Below, piece after piece: positions 33,451 to 47,824 of a stretch of 64,000 nucleotides of DNA. Source of the DNA: the human T2T-CHM13v2.0 reference genome, Homo sapiens. How positions within the stretch are numbered: the stretch's first letter is position 1; each line of letters starts with the position of its first letter. Location: assembly GCF_009914755.1 (NCBI RefSeq), contig NC_060939.1; one strand, written 5' to 3'. Made by a program: the position numbers and the translations under genes. The notes under the pieces are model-generated. The model was not told the DNA's origin, searched no databases, and saw nothing but the letters and a program-made list of their open reading frames with translations.

Positions 33451-34727
33451 TAAGTGTTTACATGAAAAGGCTAGTTAATGCTAAATTGAGGTTTAAAATA
33501 ATTATAACAATTGCATCTTACATATCAGGTGAGATGTCATAGTTTGGTTCAGGTAGTTTTAGAGTGGCAGTGAGTTAGTCCCCTGCATCAGCCAGAAATC
33601 AGACAAAAAGCAAGACAAGTTAGAAGTACCAATGGGTGCAGGATTCTTTACCTCAGGACTTTTAAGACCTTTATCCTTAGAGATCCCAATATTGTTCATT
33701 TCATCCAAGTATAACACCTATGCATGGCATAAAAAAGAGTATCACATCTTTGATTTTTCTGATTAGTTATTTGGGTCTTGAAATGTCCAGTTTAGCAGAA
33801 AGCCTTGTACTGTCTTCTGGGGACTGTCTCCTACATACTCCTTGAATTTTTCAAGAACCAAAGGGGTTCACTAAATCCAAGGAAGACAGTCCCTTTTATC
33901 AAGTCAGAAGGAGGAGAGAAAAAAGGACATTCCAATCATTCTGTTGTTTCCATTGTTTCTGTTGCTGCATTGTTGCCACTCAAACTGCTTCTGCTGCCTG
34001 GTAATTGTTGACCTTTGACACCAAGGTGCCCTTACTGATTCAGATCCCTCAAGTCTTCATGGGGATTCACACAGTGACTTTGAAGTTACAACATTTTTTA
34101 GTTCCCTTACCTATGCTTATATGCTCAGCCATTGTTCCCAAAGCACCAGCACCCTGCTCTGGCCGCTGGGCATCCTGACTTTATCCGCACACAAAGTGAG
34201 CAAATTGACCCTTCCTCCTGTATTCAGAACCTAATGTGGAACCCACATCTTAGCTAAGAATTAGCTGAGACCTTCATGGTAAGAGATCCTTTCAGGCCGT
34301 TGTTGGTCTTTTCTCTAGCAGATATGAGGTGGGCTTGTTATAAAGGGTCAGAGGGGTTCAAATAATGTGGCAGAAAGAGATCAGTGTTTGCTTCTTCTTC
34401 TTTGCTACCAGATCTACACAGTGAGGCACCTTTATATCCTGTGTAGAACCTTAGGCAGTAGAAAGTCCCATATGAGCCTTCCCCAAGCAGTGGCTCCCAG
34501 CTGTGGTTGGCCCCTTGAGTGATCTGATTTACATGATAATGAAAATCATCCAAGCTACTTCCATCTCTAGCTCAAGATTTTAAAATATTTTCAAATTGTA
34601 CCTCACAGGAAGCCATTGAAGAGAATTCTCAGAATCTCACGTGGGTTAAGTAAGTAGTGATGAGTCATGGACAAGAGCCAAGCCTTGCCCATGACTCATC
34701 ACAAATCATGTATAAAAGTAGGGCTTT

Positions 34728-34833
34728 GTGCCTGCTTTGGCGGCACATATCCTAAAATTGGAACAATACAGAGAAAGTTAGCACGGCTTCTGCATAAGGA
34801 GGCAGCACAACTCTTTGAAGCATTCCATATTTT
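34728..34833 (+). pseudogene. U6 snRNA pseudogene (RNU6-type), full length and diverged
   Basis: gtgcctgctttggcggcacatatcctaaaattggaacaatacagagaaagttagc...gcattccatatttt is colinear with U6, with many substitutions. Confidence 0.9.
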
Positions 34834-35957
34834 GTGCAGTCACTGGAAGATCATTTCACTATTTGCTGACTAGCTCTAAGGAAACAGTGTGAATCAAAGC
34901 AAAATGGGTGCCACCAAAATATCGAAATGTGATTTGTGCTGCAAAAATAGTCATGGAAGATGGTCTGTGAGATGATTTAGAGCTGAATAATGTGTTCAGT
35001 GCAAAATATATTATAAGTATGTACGTCAAAAATTAGAGAATGTCAATTTGCAGCTTCTTCATGAAAACTGAAAAAAAATAAAAGTAGAGTTTTGGTCTCC
35101 CATGTCAGCTGGAATTGAACATCAATATAAAGCATTATCCTAACAAACATCTGCTGGCTCAGAGTTTGAGTCTGTAGAGAAGGATCATTGCTCCAAGCCA
35201 GGTCTTAACATCCATTGGTTTTTCTGCCCTTAGCACAACAAATTGGTCAACTCCGTAATAGTGGACAATCACATTATCTACTTTAATGAGAGATTTATGA
35301 AAAAATTTAGTTACAAACTATGACACAGTTGAGATGCCCTGAATGATAAGCCATAAGGAGTAGGACAACTAAGAAGCAAAATTAGGACTTAATAACATTT
35401 TCTGAAAACTACAGCATTTGCATATTAGAACCTATGAACAAAACACACATGGGGTTTTATTTGGGATTCCAAGATAATTTTAGTCATAAAGTTTAGGAAC
35501 AGATTATTCCATTGCTTTACTATTTCTCTGAGCATTTAAAAAATGTTACCTTGTTAAATCTTTATAACAACCTAGTGAAATAAGGCAGCAAAGTCCTCAC
35601 TTTGTAGAAGAAGACATTGAGCCTAAGAGAAGAAAGTTGTCCAAGAACAAATAGCTGTTCATTATGGAGCTAGGACTTATGCAGAGTTGGGACACTTTCT
35701 ATTATGTCATGCTAATGCCTGCTGATTTACTGGGTCACAGTGCCCTTGATTTATGAGCATTTCACCTAATTTTTTTTCTTCTTTAATTAGAAGCTTAAAG
35801 AAAAGTTTGTAGAATGTACTCATAAGTGTATGGGATAATACTGTTAAATTCTGATATTATGATATTGTTTGAAATACTCTAAGAATTTTACATTTGGTAA
35901 GTATTTTTTATATCAGTATTAAAATAGTAATTTGGTTTATTACATTTTTATACATAG

Positions 35958-36028
35958 AATTTGTGAATTACTTTCTGACTATAAAGAAAAACAGATGCTA
36001 AAAATCTCTTCTGAAAACAGCAATCCAG
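35958..36028 (+). CDS. POTEB: POTE exon 6
   Basis: catag|[25 protein letters not shown]|gtaaga. Confidence 0.95.
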
Positions 36029-36059
36029 GTAAGACTTGTGATAATGAATTACTTTAGGT

Positions 36060-36586
36060 CAGTTGTCCACAATGTTTTTGGCATCAGGGACCGGTTTTGT
36101 GGAAGACAGTCTTTCCATGGGCTGGGGGAAGGTGGGGATGGTTTCAGGATTATTCAGCCATGTTTCATTTATTGTGCTACTTTATATTATTATTACATTG
36201 TAATATATAATGAAATAATTATACAACTTACCATAATGTAGAATCCGTGGAAACTCTGAGCTTATTTTTCTGCAACTAGATGGTCTCATCTGGGGGCAAA
36301 GTGAGACAGTGACAGATCATCAGGCATTAGTTTCTCATATGAAGCACACAACCTAGATCCCTCAGATGAGCAGTTCACAATAGGGTTCATGCTCCAATGA
36401 GTATCTAGTGCTATCACTGATCTGACTGGAGGCAGAGTTCAGGCGGTAATATGAGCCATGGGGTGTGGCTGTAAGTACAGGTGAAGCTTCCCTGGTTTGC
36501 CTGCTGCTCACCTCCTCCTGTGTGGTGTGGTTCATAATAGTCCATGGACTGGTACCAGTCTGTGACCTGGGAGTTGTGGACCCCTG
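36060..36586 (-). mobile_element. MER1A (hAT-Charlie DNA transposon)
   Basis: tttttggcatcagggaccggttttgtggaagac ... ggacccctg ends. Confidence 0.8.
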
Positions 36587-38319
36587 CTCTGGGTGGTCCT
36601 ACCGTAGATAAAAAATAAAAGTAAGGAATTTTTGATCACAAAAGAACGCCAAAGCACAAGTCATGTTACATATCCTTGTCCCAACAAGGTCTCACTCTTA
36701 CTGACTTCATTCCTCCTCATTTGAAGTTGGAAAGAGATACATTTACTTTGTTGGAACAAGATGTGTTCTCTACCTGCTGGTCAATTGTCTTGATAACAGT
36801 AATTTTGTTAGAACAAGATGCTCTGCTACCATTTACCAAAAGATTGTCATAATAAATATACAAATTGCCCAACTCTAGGCTCAGCAGATTATAATAAAAG
36901 TAGAAAAATGCTTCACATTAACAAAAATACTAGTATGCCACCTGGTTGTGGACACCTAATACATTGTATAATCCAAACTGGATGAGGACACCTTTAATTT
37001 AGCCATCTATTTATCAAAAAGCTTCTGTAAGTTAGGTTTTATAAGTTGCAGAAGACAAAGATGGAATAGATGTAGTTTTGATCTTTAAGGTGCTCATAAT
37101 AGAGGTGTCTCTATTTCATTTCTGTGCTTTTTCAACAGAATTTACAAAGAAAACATTTCTATGTTTTCACTTGTCCACTTAACAAATAACTATCAAATGT
37201 CTTTTAGATACTAATCATTTTTCTAATGCTACAGAACGCACACAATTAAAAATACAGACAGGAGCTTGTTATTATCATTGTCATTTTTATTATTTTACTA
37301 CTTTATTCAGTGCTTACTGTGTGCTAGATGCCAACTGGAAGCTTATAATTATGATTTATTATGTATTAATTATGTGCCAGACATACGTGATGAGGAATGA
37401 AAGTTTTGAAAAAAAGTAGGTATGATTCAAAGTAAGCATGCAGAGTGAGAAGAATTTTTCTAGGTAAAGAAGCAGAAGAATAATTTTTGGCAGAAGGAAC
37501 ATGCAACAAGTTTGTGTGTTTGCCAGAAGAACATCTGATGAGATTGCCTGTTTGGCAGGAAGAGCAACAACTGCAAAAGACAAGATGCCGAGTGAACTTT
37601 GCAGGGTTTCTGAGCAGTTCACTTTTGCTAGTACCAAAAGTGTGAGACACCAGAGTTTGGGAATGAGGTGAATACTTAGCTAAGGCAAGTTTATGATAGA
37701 CTTTTTTAATACTATAGAAATGAGTAGGTCTTACCCTGTGGGCCATGGGAAATTTACCAGGTAGAATGCTTTGGACTGTAAATACTAGATGAGCAGTGGC
37801 TAAAACAGTAGGAACCAGAGTTGTTTTGGTTGTTCAGTGATATCCTAGGATCCCATTTGTCCCTCTTTCAGCTGTGCTGTTGGCAGTGTTTTCTTCATGT
37901 TTCCTTTCATGGTTGGCTAATCCGCAGCAGCTCCAAACATCTTGTTCTCACAACACAACATTTCAAGGGCTGCTTTTCTTCACATGTGTCTTTTAAACAG
38001 GGAGAAAACTTAGAAACATGCAAGGGGCTTCCTGTAACATTTCATTGGCTGGGTCACACCACATGCTCATTCCCAAACCAGGCAATGGGATGGCAAATAC
38101 ATGATTAGCTTAGAATAAACATTTCTCTTTCTGAGGCTGAGGAGGGGGATTGGGATAATAAATATCCCAATAGACTTGTGTTTCTTCTGCAAGAAAGAAT
38201 AAGGAATGGCTATTGATAGGAGCCAACAATGTGTGCTGCAGGGACTCATTGGAGAAATTTGAGCAGGGGAGTTACAAGATTAAATTTGAATATTAAGGCA
38301 TATTCTGCTTATGGTGTAA

Positions 38320-38540
38320 AATGGGTTAGCAAGCTTTTTCTGTAAAGGACCAGGTGGGAAATATTTTAGACTATGTGGTCTCTGTCATATCTACTTAACC
38401 AGGCTGTTGTCTGTTGTTGTAGTGTGAAAGCCACCATGATTATATGTAAGCAAACAGGCATGACTGAGCTCCTATAAAACTTTATTTACAAAGCCAAAAG
38501 GCAGATTGGATTTGTCCTGTGGCCTATAGTTTGCTGGGAT
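38320..38540 (-). mobile_element. MER58A-like DNA transposon
   Basis: gctttttctgtaaaggaccagg...aaatattttag...aaaactttatttacaaa...tagtttgctg. Confidence 0.7.
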
Positions 38541-40315
38541 TGATGGAAGATAACCATGTAAAGAAACCAGGAGACAAAGGAAGCTTTTGCAGTAGTCAGC
38601 TATAGTTTCCATGTCACACATCCTTGGACTAGTATCAGTGTATTCTAAGGTTTTCACCTGCCCATGGTGAAATAAAGTTTGGAATCCCCATTACTCATTT
38701 TAATGTGTTGGCCTTTTTTTGGTGTTATGCTTTTTTCATTTGTTTTGCTTAATTTTTTTCATGTAAGAAATAACATTAATAGTTGGAAGGCTTTTTTGTA
38801 ATAAAAGCCATTTTGTAAATGTTTATGTTCTCAGTGGAAGTGGTAATATAAAGCAGAGGCAGAAGAGAGGTATAGTCAATATGATTTAGTGATAATTGAA
38901 TGAGAAAGGTTTGGAGGACAGAGAGAAATGTCAGATAATTTACAGGTTTCCACGTTGTACACTAGTATTTAAGCTGGGCATGAGGAAGGAGTACGAAATT
39001 TTCTCCATGACCTGTGTGAGTCACAGCTTCCAGAAAAGAAAGAGAGCAAGGAGCATATTAAGGAAGCACAGCAAAGTCAGTCCTAGAGTGCCCTGCTTGA
39101 CTTCATGTCATAGTTCTGACTTCTAAAAAATCATTTTCTGTAAAATGTGCTTTGTGTTTTTCCCCTCTTGCAGCCTGCAGCCAAACAGAATCCCTTTAGC
39201 AGGGCATTTTTGTGTTCTTCCTTTAAACAAAGCAACATATAAATAACAAAAAAGAAGTAAGAGAAAGAGTATTTTTTGTATAGGCTAGCATTTAACTTAA
39301 ACTTGAGAGCGAGTACTAGGATTATACTTAGAATTTATGGACTGGGTAGGAAGACTAGATAGAAATCTAAAGATTGCTGACTCAAACACAGTGTGATTTT
39401 TTTGCTTTATTCTCACAGCTCTGAATTCACAACTATTAGTTATATTCATATACACTATAACTTTATAAAGCACCTTCCCAAACAAATATTAAGTGATTTA
39501 TTATAATTTCTATGACTTATTATAGAATTGACTTTCCAAGTGTTCATGAGAATTATTGGGAATTTGCTACATAGTATCATCTCAGCTGTGTCCACATGAG
39601 CTAGCTGTCACCTTGTCTTAATGAATAATGGCTCACTAGGAATATTGGTTTTGGCATTAAAATGATCTACATCTTAATACAGATAGGACCAGGGACCACT
39701 CTTGAACGTTAATGTCTAAGCATCTTAAAGGTACACATAAGGCTTTCATAATCTGACTTCTGCCCTATTCTACATCTTTAGCCCTTTTCCCTGTGTGCCC
39801 TTTCTCTGGCATTACTGAGTGGCTCTTAATGCCCTACTCACTCCTCCTTCTATTGCAGGCAAATACTTTCACTCTTTCAGGCCTCGCTCCTGCTCTTGCT
39901 GCTGTGTGGCATGCTGTCACCCTTTCTTGCCCTCTACCACTTTTAATCTAGCTAGCCTCAATATTTAAGTCTCTGCTTGGGCAGGTGTTCTAGAAAAGCC
40001 ATCCCTGACAGGCTTTATTTTCATTCTTTTTAAACCCTAACACCTAGCATGTATGTAGCAGGACTCAATAAGAAATTTCTGAGTAAAATAAAGACTGTTT
40101 TTACAAAGATGATGTGCAAGACTGTCCTCTGCAGTCTTGGAGCAGAGGGGACAGACATGTGGAGGAATAGTGTACAGTTCAGGTGGTAAAGGTGCAGTAG
40201 AAAAATCAGTGAGGTCCTAAGGCAACCTCAAGGAAGGAGTTACCTGTTTATCTGGGGAAAGATCTGCAGAATCAAGGAAGACTTCCCATAGCATTGTTTT
40301 AAAAGATGAAAACAA

Positions 40316-40610
40316 GGCTGGGTGTGGTGGCTCACACCTGTAATTGCAGCATTTTGGGAGGCTGGAGCAGGTGGATCACAAGGTCAAAAGATCAAGACCA
40401 TCCTGGCCAATGGTGAAACCCCATCTCTACTAAAAATACAAAAATTAGCTGGGCATGATGGTGTGTGCCTGTAATCACAGCTTCTCAGGAGACTGAGACA
40501 GGAGAATCATTTGAACCAGGGAGTCAGAGGTTGCAGTGAGCTGAGATTGTGCCACTGCACTCCAGCCTGGTGACAGAGCAAGACCCCAGCTAAAACAAAA
40601 AAAAAAGAAA
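40316..40610 (+). mobile_element. Alu (AluS-like)
   Basis: Sense dimeric Alu with A tail. Confidence 0.92.
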
Positions 40611-40726
40611 AATGAAAATAAATTTGTCATAATAGTGGATGGAAACATTTTAGATGTTAAGAAGACATTGTACACTAATAAAGGTGTCAGTAGTAATTTT
40701 GGAAATCGTTTGTAAGGTACTATTTT

Positions 40727-41202
40727 TGCAGAAAACAGGAGGCAGGAGAGACCCAGTGGGTCAAACAAGAGGATTTTGTTTAGGTGCACACCAGCTCAGC
40801 GGATTTGCATCAAAAAGCTGAGCCCTGAACAAAGACAGGGCTTGGCTTATATAGGCAAACTTATAGAAGCAGAACAAAGGCAGTTAATCATATAGTGACA
40901 GTTTTGCAACCACTGCATAGCTTGCGACCTTGCAGCTGCATTGAGGGAAAACAAGAATTTGCAAAATATATGCATTTGTAAAAATAGCTATGAATAAATG
41001 CTGAGGGGGAGGGGAGATGGTAAAGGAATTTGTTTTCTTAACCTTGCTCTGGGATGTCTGGAGCCCATACCTGTGGGCTCTGGCTTCTCAGACAGGGTCA
41101 CCATGACCTTTCCTGGGCCTGCTTGTTACTATCCTTAGAGTCAGACTAGCTAAGTGCAGGAAAACTTGTTTCTCTTTAAAACTAAATTTCCTTTTCTTTA
41201 CA
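40727..41202 (-). mobile_element. Probable solo ERV1-class LTR
   Basis: TG...CA-bounded ~476-bp segment with LTR-like motif ctcagcggatttgcatcaaaaagctgagccctgaacaaagac; subfamily not identified. Confidence 0.5.
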
Positions 41203-41521
41203 TTTACTGCTTCACTATTAGGAAGTGAACAACATACTGAGTTACCTTATATGTTTCTACTGTATTTTAAAGTTGTGTTTCTGGTGGTTTTGTTCATTTA
41301 TGTTGGGTGGATGAATTTGTGAGTGAATCACATCAGGTGTCTCCCCAAGTGGTTTGTTGAAGTTTTGGAGAATTATTTCCTAAGTAACTATTTCATGAAA
41401 GACTAAACACTCAGTTTATGAAATAAAATAAAATGTTGTCTTCAATCTATTTTTATAAAGGCAATAGTTTTTAACTGTTCTAAGTGGTTCATTTTAACTG
41501 AATATATGGATTTCTCAACAG

Positions 41522-41592
41522 AACAAGACTTAAAGCTGACATCAGAGGAAGAGTCACAAAGGCTTAAAGTCAGTGAAAATAGCCAGCCAGAG
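41522..41592 (+). CDS. POTEB: POTE exon 7 (GC donor)
   Basis: caacag|[25 protein letters not shown] |gcatgg. Confidence 0.88.
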
Positions 41593-42995
41593 GCATGGAA
41601 AATTTTAAGTTTAAATTTTTGATTTAATGTTGTTTTCTTTGCTTGAATAATATTAGATAGTCCAAATGAAATTACCTTTCAGACTAGGTTTTAAGAATCA
41701 ATAGATTCTTTTTTTAAGAATTTTTTAATAGATTCTTAAAATTTATTTTAATAAATTCAGCAATCTCATTAACAGAAGAATTAATAAATTCTAACTTGAC
41801 ATTTGATATTTAGCTTAAAAACGTAACCACTATAAAATTTAAAATACTCTTATTTTATGGTATTCTTATTTAAAATATTCTTATCTGCCTTTTTGATTAG
41901 CTTATAGCTAATCTTTCCTTTTGGAATAGAGGCAAAAACATATTCCAGACCTTTGTTTGTTCTTTTATTTTTACAACACCCTAACATGATAAAGTACCAT
42001 CAATTATTGGATTATATTATTAAGCAATAGAACTGTGAACAATGTAACACTGAAGGTCCCTGAGCTGGATTCATGGTTAAAGAATAATCACGGCCAGTGA
42101 TTGAAAATCTGCAGTTTTATATTGTCAGTCACTGATACCAAGGTTAAAGACATATTCTGCCTTGTGGTCTCTCACTGACCTCAGCATTTCTGTTCAGGGA
42201 GGGAACCAGGTCATAAAAGCAACCCAACTGCCTATTACAAGAATCATATCTTGCAGAATGGGACATTTGGTGTTAGTGCACAAACACAATAACCTTCTAC
42301 CTTATTTTAGTTGCAGAAAATCAGTACAGATTATTAAAAAATTTTTATCCACTGTAATTAGTACACCTTAGAATATATTAGAACTGGACTTAAGCAGATC
42401 ATCTAGATACATAACACTATCATATTACAGCATATAATTTCAATTAAAATTTAAGAATTTGCATTTCTTCCTGTTTGGTGTTGATTTCAGCTCCTAATAA
42501 TTTAAAGCGTGCCTACAATCCAATTAGGAATCTTTTTAAAAAGCACTTCAGTGCACTATAGGGGCTCACTAGTTAGGGTTTCATGAGATATACTCTTTTC
42601 AAGTGAGGAAGCCCTTGGAACACTACAAATCATCTGCTAATTCATTTTTGGTAGATTTAACACATAACAAATTAAGTTTAGTCCAAACAAATGGTGACAA
42701 AGTTAAGTTTGCTGGTTCATGTTTTTATTCTCCCTTTGTCTAAGGTGAATTATTTTCCCATGTTAGTCAGAAGCCAATGATGTGGCAGTAGCTAAACATA
42801 GATTAAAAAGTTAATTCTTAATTTTAATTATTTATTTATTTAATTATTTTAACAGTTAAATTTTATTTTATTTTCTAATTTTTCATGTCCATACTTGATT
42901 ACTTAAGAATAAAATTATTTTAACATGCATTCCAAAAGAGGAGACATACACGGAAATACAACAAGCAAATTAACCTTCTATTTTTGCATCTGCAG

Positions 42996-43040
42996 AAAAT
43001 GTCTCAAGAACCAGAAATAAATAAGGACTGTGATAGAGAG
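42996..43040 (+). CDS. POTEB: POTE exon 8
   Basis: tgcag| KMSQEPEINKDCDRE |gtatac. Confidence 0.92.
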
Positions 43041-44085
43041 GTATACCTTTATGTTCAAATGTTTCTGTGGAATTAGATTTTTATGTTATGCTGTTTAACA
43101 AAGTGTAGTAAGTGTACGCATACATGATCCTATCATGTAAGTAGCATAAATCACCAGTGAAAAATTTAATATTTAACTCAGAAAGAATTCTGTACATTGA
43201 GTTTTCAAGAGATACAAACCCTAGAGAGATTCTTTCATTATTATGGAACAATCCTGAATGGTGCCATAAAATGCTAGGTAATGCCACTTTAGGAGATTTG
43301 GACCAATCCTTTTATCTTTCTTGGTTTTAGTCTGATTATCACTAGATAATGTGGCTAAAGAAGATAATTACTTATTCTTTGTAATTTCCAGCTGGAAAAT
43401 TGTATAGCTATTGAATGTGAAATTTGGGGAGCATCTAATTTTCTGGAATTCCATGCTTGCACCTCAGCAGTTTCACTCTGCTCCTTGTGTTGTGGCAAAC
43501 TTTGGTTTTCATGTTTCAGTGAGCACCATCATGTTTTTGATATCCAGGAACCAAATGAAAAAAGAACGATCAAAGGCAGTGGGGGAGGAGAATATCTTAG
43601 TGCAGAAAAGGGCCATCTTCCTTTCTATTCCTGAAGCCCCCCAGTGTCTCATCCTCTACATCTGAGTGTTTAATGTAAAATCTAGGTGGTAAAGACAGAA
43701 GACACATTTTGTGTCTATGTCGTTTTATTTTTGTGTTCCCACGAGTCAAATGGGGTAAATTCATATATAAGATTCTGAAGAGTTTTTGGGAATAAAAGCA
43801 CAAAATGAAGGAGGGCCCTTTTTGAATTTTGGAAAATTCTGTTTTATTCAGTCAAACAGCTGGAATCAAGCAAACTTTACAAAAATTTCAGTGATATACT
43901 AATGACATGATAATTACATCTTAAAATTATACGGTTATAGTTCTGTATATATGATCAAATTTAAGTGTGAAATATTTTTAATGACTAAAATAATGGCAAA
44001 CTGAGTCAATTGATAAAATCAATTAAAAAGGTTATTTTTATTCAATAAAGTGATAACCATCCTTAATATCAAACTTCCACTCAAG

Positions 44086-44252
44086 GTTGAAGAAGAAATA
44101 AAGAAGCATGGAAGTAATCCTGTGGGATTACCAGAAAACCTGACTAATGGTGCCAGTGCTGGCAATGGTGATGATGGATTAATTCCACAAAGGAAGAGCA
44201 GAAAACCTGAAAATCAGCAATTTCCTGACACTGAGAATGAAGAGTATCACAG
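44086..44252 (+). CDS. POTEB: POTE exon 9
   Basis: ctcaag| [57 protein letters not shown]|gtaagc. Confidence 0.92.
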
Positions 44253-44489
44253 GTAAGCCTATGGCAACATTTAATAGGAGATAACTATATGCTGTCAAAC
44301 TAATCCTAATTTGGGCTTTCATGATGAACAAATTTTATACTTTTACTAGAATATTCAGCCTTGCCTGTTAATCAGAAAAATGAAAATCAGTAAACAATGA
44401 GTTACCGTTTTTTCCAGTCATTAATTTATTTGAAAAATAACCGGCATTGGCAAATGTGAGGGAAAAGGCATTTCCTTTTCTTTTTAATG

Positions 44490-44820
44490 AACTTTTATTT
44501 TAGCTTCAGAAGTTCATGTGTAGGTTTATTATATAGGTAAACTGTGTCATGGAGGTTTGGACTACAGATTATTTCATCAGCCACATAATAAGCAAAATAC
44601 TCGAGAGGTAGTTTTTTGGTCATCTCCCTCCTGCCACACTCCACCCTCAAGTAGACCCTGGTGTCTGTTATTCTCCTCTTTGTGTCCATGAGTTTTCATT
44701 GTTTAGTTCCCACAAATGAGTAAGAATATGTGGCATTTGATTTTCTGTTCCTGCATTAGTTTGCTTAGGATAATGGCCTCCAGCTCCATGTGTGTTGCTG
44801 CAAAGGAAACGGTCTCATTG
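44490..44820 (-). mobile_element. L1PA/PB 3' end
   Basis: ttcctgcattagtttgcttaggataatggcctccagctccat. Confidence 0.8.
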
Positions 44821-45449
44821 AAAAAGACAATTCATACACTGTTGGTAAATATATTTTGAACATTAATTTATTAGCATATTTGCACACACACATATATAAC
44901 ATAGTAAGTATATATATGTATGTTAAGGATATTTGTATAGATTTGTCACATATATACTTATGTATAAGGACATTTCTTACAGCGTTATTATATCAAAAAG
45001 ATGGATCCTTATCAATAGGAATTTATCATTATCAAAAGTAAATCCTTACCAATAGGAAATGGCTCAATTTTCATACCCAGAAAATAATACGGTATGCAAA
45101 CATTTTTTACAAATGAGGTTAGATCTAGAGTATACTGATTATTTCACAATTAAAATGTATTTAAAGCATTTAGTTTGGTAACACATCTTAAGATAATTTT
45201 GTTAGAATTCTTGTAATATCTGCTGTGTTGCAAATGGAAGCTACACGCTACATTGACACTGTACCTTGTTAGCAACGAGATTGGTAGTTATTAAATTTTT
45301 GTTGTCAGTGCCTGAGTGCCAAAATATTGGACCTTCAATCTGAATATTGCCAAGGGATTGTACATGGGGACCTATATTTAATATAAACATTTGAGTATAT
45401 TGGGTAAAACTTTTATTAAAATATATCAAAGTATCTTTCATCTGCTAAA

Positions 45450-45792
45450 CCAGGAGCTGGCCAGCTTTTTCTGCAAAGAGCCATTTAGTAAATATTTTAG
45501 GCTTTGTGGACTATATATATTTATTTTTTTTGAGACAGGGTCTCTGTTGCCCAGGCTGGAGTGCAATTGTGTGATCACAGCTCACTGCAGCCTTGACTTT
45601 CTGGGCTCTAGTGATCCTCCTCCCACCTCAGCCTCTCTATTAGCTGGGACCCCAAGTGTGCAACATCACACCCAGCTAATTGACTCTATGGACTGTAAAG
45701 TGAATAAGCATGGCTGTGTTCCAAGATTCTTTACTTACAAAAACAGTCAGTGGCCTGGATTTGGCCCACAGGTGCTAATTTGCTGACCCTTG
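45450..45792 (-). mobile_element. MER58A-like element interrupted by an Alu monomer (~45520-45680)
   Basis: MER58A halves on both sides of an antisense Alu arm. Confidence 0.7.
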
Positions 45793-46538
45793 TGCTAAAA
45801 GGAAGGTGCTGCTAATGCAGTAACACTTATTTATAAAAGTGCCCAGCATGTGTGACAGTATCTTTCCTTTGAGAAAAAGATATATTTTGGTATTCACCTC
45901 ACCATATTTTTCCACAGTGACTTCATATATTTTTAAAAATTTCATTTGTAAAATAAGATTATTTTCTGCATTTCTGCCACTTTATTCCTGTTAATAGAAT
46001 TCAGTATTTTATGGTGACCAATTACTTTGTATATTCGATGAGCATCAACTGTCCTAGAATTGGCTGATTTTTATCAAGCAAGAAATACTCTCCTTGAAAC
46101 TTTTAGTTTTTCTTGGTCTTTATGTATAAGCATGAACAAAATGATAATTAGCTTATGTAATCTAGAAATGGTCAAGGCAACTTTTAGTTCTATAGTTTTA
46201 AGATTTAACACCTTGGTCTGGCATTTTTAATGCCACATGTGTATAATTTTTATAAGCTTTAAAATATATAATTGTTATATAAAATTTGAAAACTACACCT
46301 TTTATGTAAAATTTGAAACTATTTGTCTATTACTTTTCCATGACTGTGGAAGAAAATTACAACATTCTCAGCCATGACTCCTAAGTATGATGTCCTTAAA
46401 AGAACTGTCTACACTCACGAACTCAAATTTTCTTTTCATTCACTCTTGATCTCATGCCAGTAAGTCTTCAATTTCAGCAGTCCTCCAGCATTGTTTTTCC
46501 TCAAGATTATCACTAATTTTTTTCTGTAATAAACCTAG

Positions 46539-47111
<573 letters not shown>

Positions 47112-47824
47112 TGAATGTATGTCTCCAGCTCAGATCTTTCTCCTTAATTCCAGATTTCTATATCAGCCTGCCTACTTGACGTCTCTATTTGGTTAGTTAT
47201 TGGGTATCACACACTTGTCAGATCCAAAATTGGGCTACTGATGTCCTTCCTGAAATCTGCACCTCATGTAGTCTTTCCTATTTTTGGTTAAGGGCAACTC
47301 TTCCAGTTGCTCTGCCAAATATCTCGGTGTCATTCTTGACTCATCTCTCTCTCTCTCTGACACCTCACATCTAATCTCTCAGTAAATCTTGTCAGGTCTA
47401 CCTGAAGAATATGTCCAGAAGTCAGTCATATCTTGTACATCTGAGCCACCCTCATCTGCAGTCTAGATGAGTGTCATAGACTGGGAATTGATAGTCCTGG
47501 TTTTTAAAAACTTCCCTTTTCATCAATTCTTAACTCAGTGGATGTATTTAAAACATAAGTCAAATTGTGTCATTCCTCTGCCCCAGCCCTTCTGATTATC
47601 TCCCATTTCACTCGGAGTATGTGTCAAAGTTCCTCCTAATTATCTCCCTTGCTCTGCTTCAGCCAAACTGAATTCTTGCCGTCCCTTATCTACCCCTAGT
47701 GCTTAAAGATGCCAGGCACACCTCTGTGATTCGCAGTTCCCTGTGTCTGGAATGCTTTTTCCCCAGTTATCCTCCTAGCTTTCTCTTTCCATTCCTTCAG
47801 TTCTTTATTTAAAACCCCCTTTCT

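Noticed and set aside
34705-34833. TATAAAA upstream of the U6 copy, suggesting an active Pol III gene
   Set aside because: It starts at about -17 rather than about -30, no PSE is recognised, and the U6 body has many substitutions
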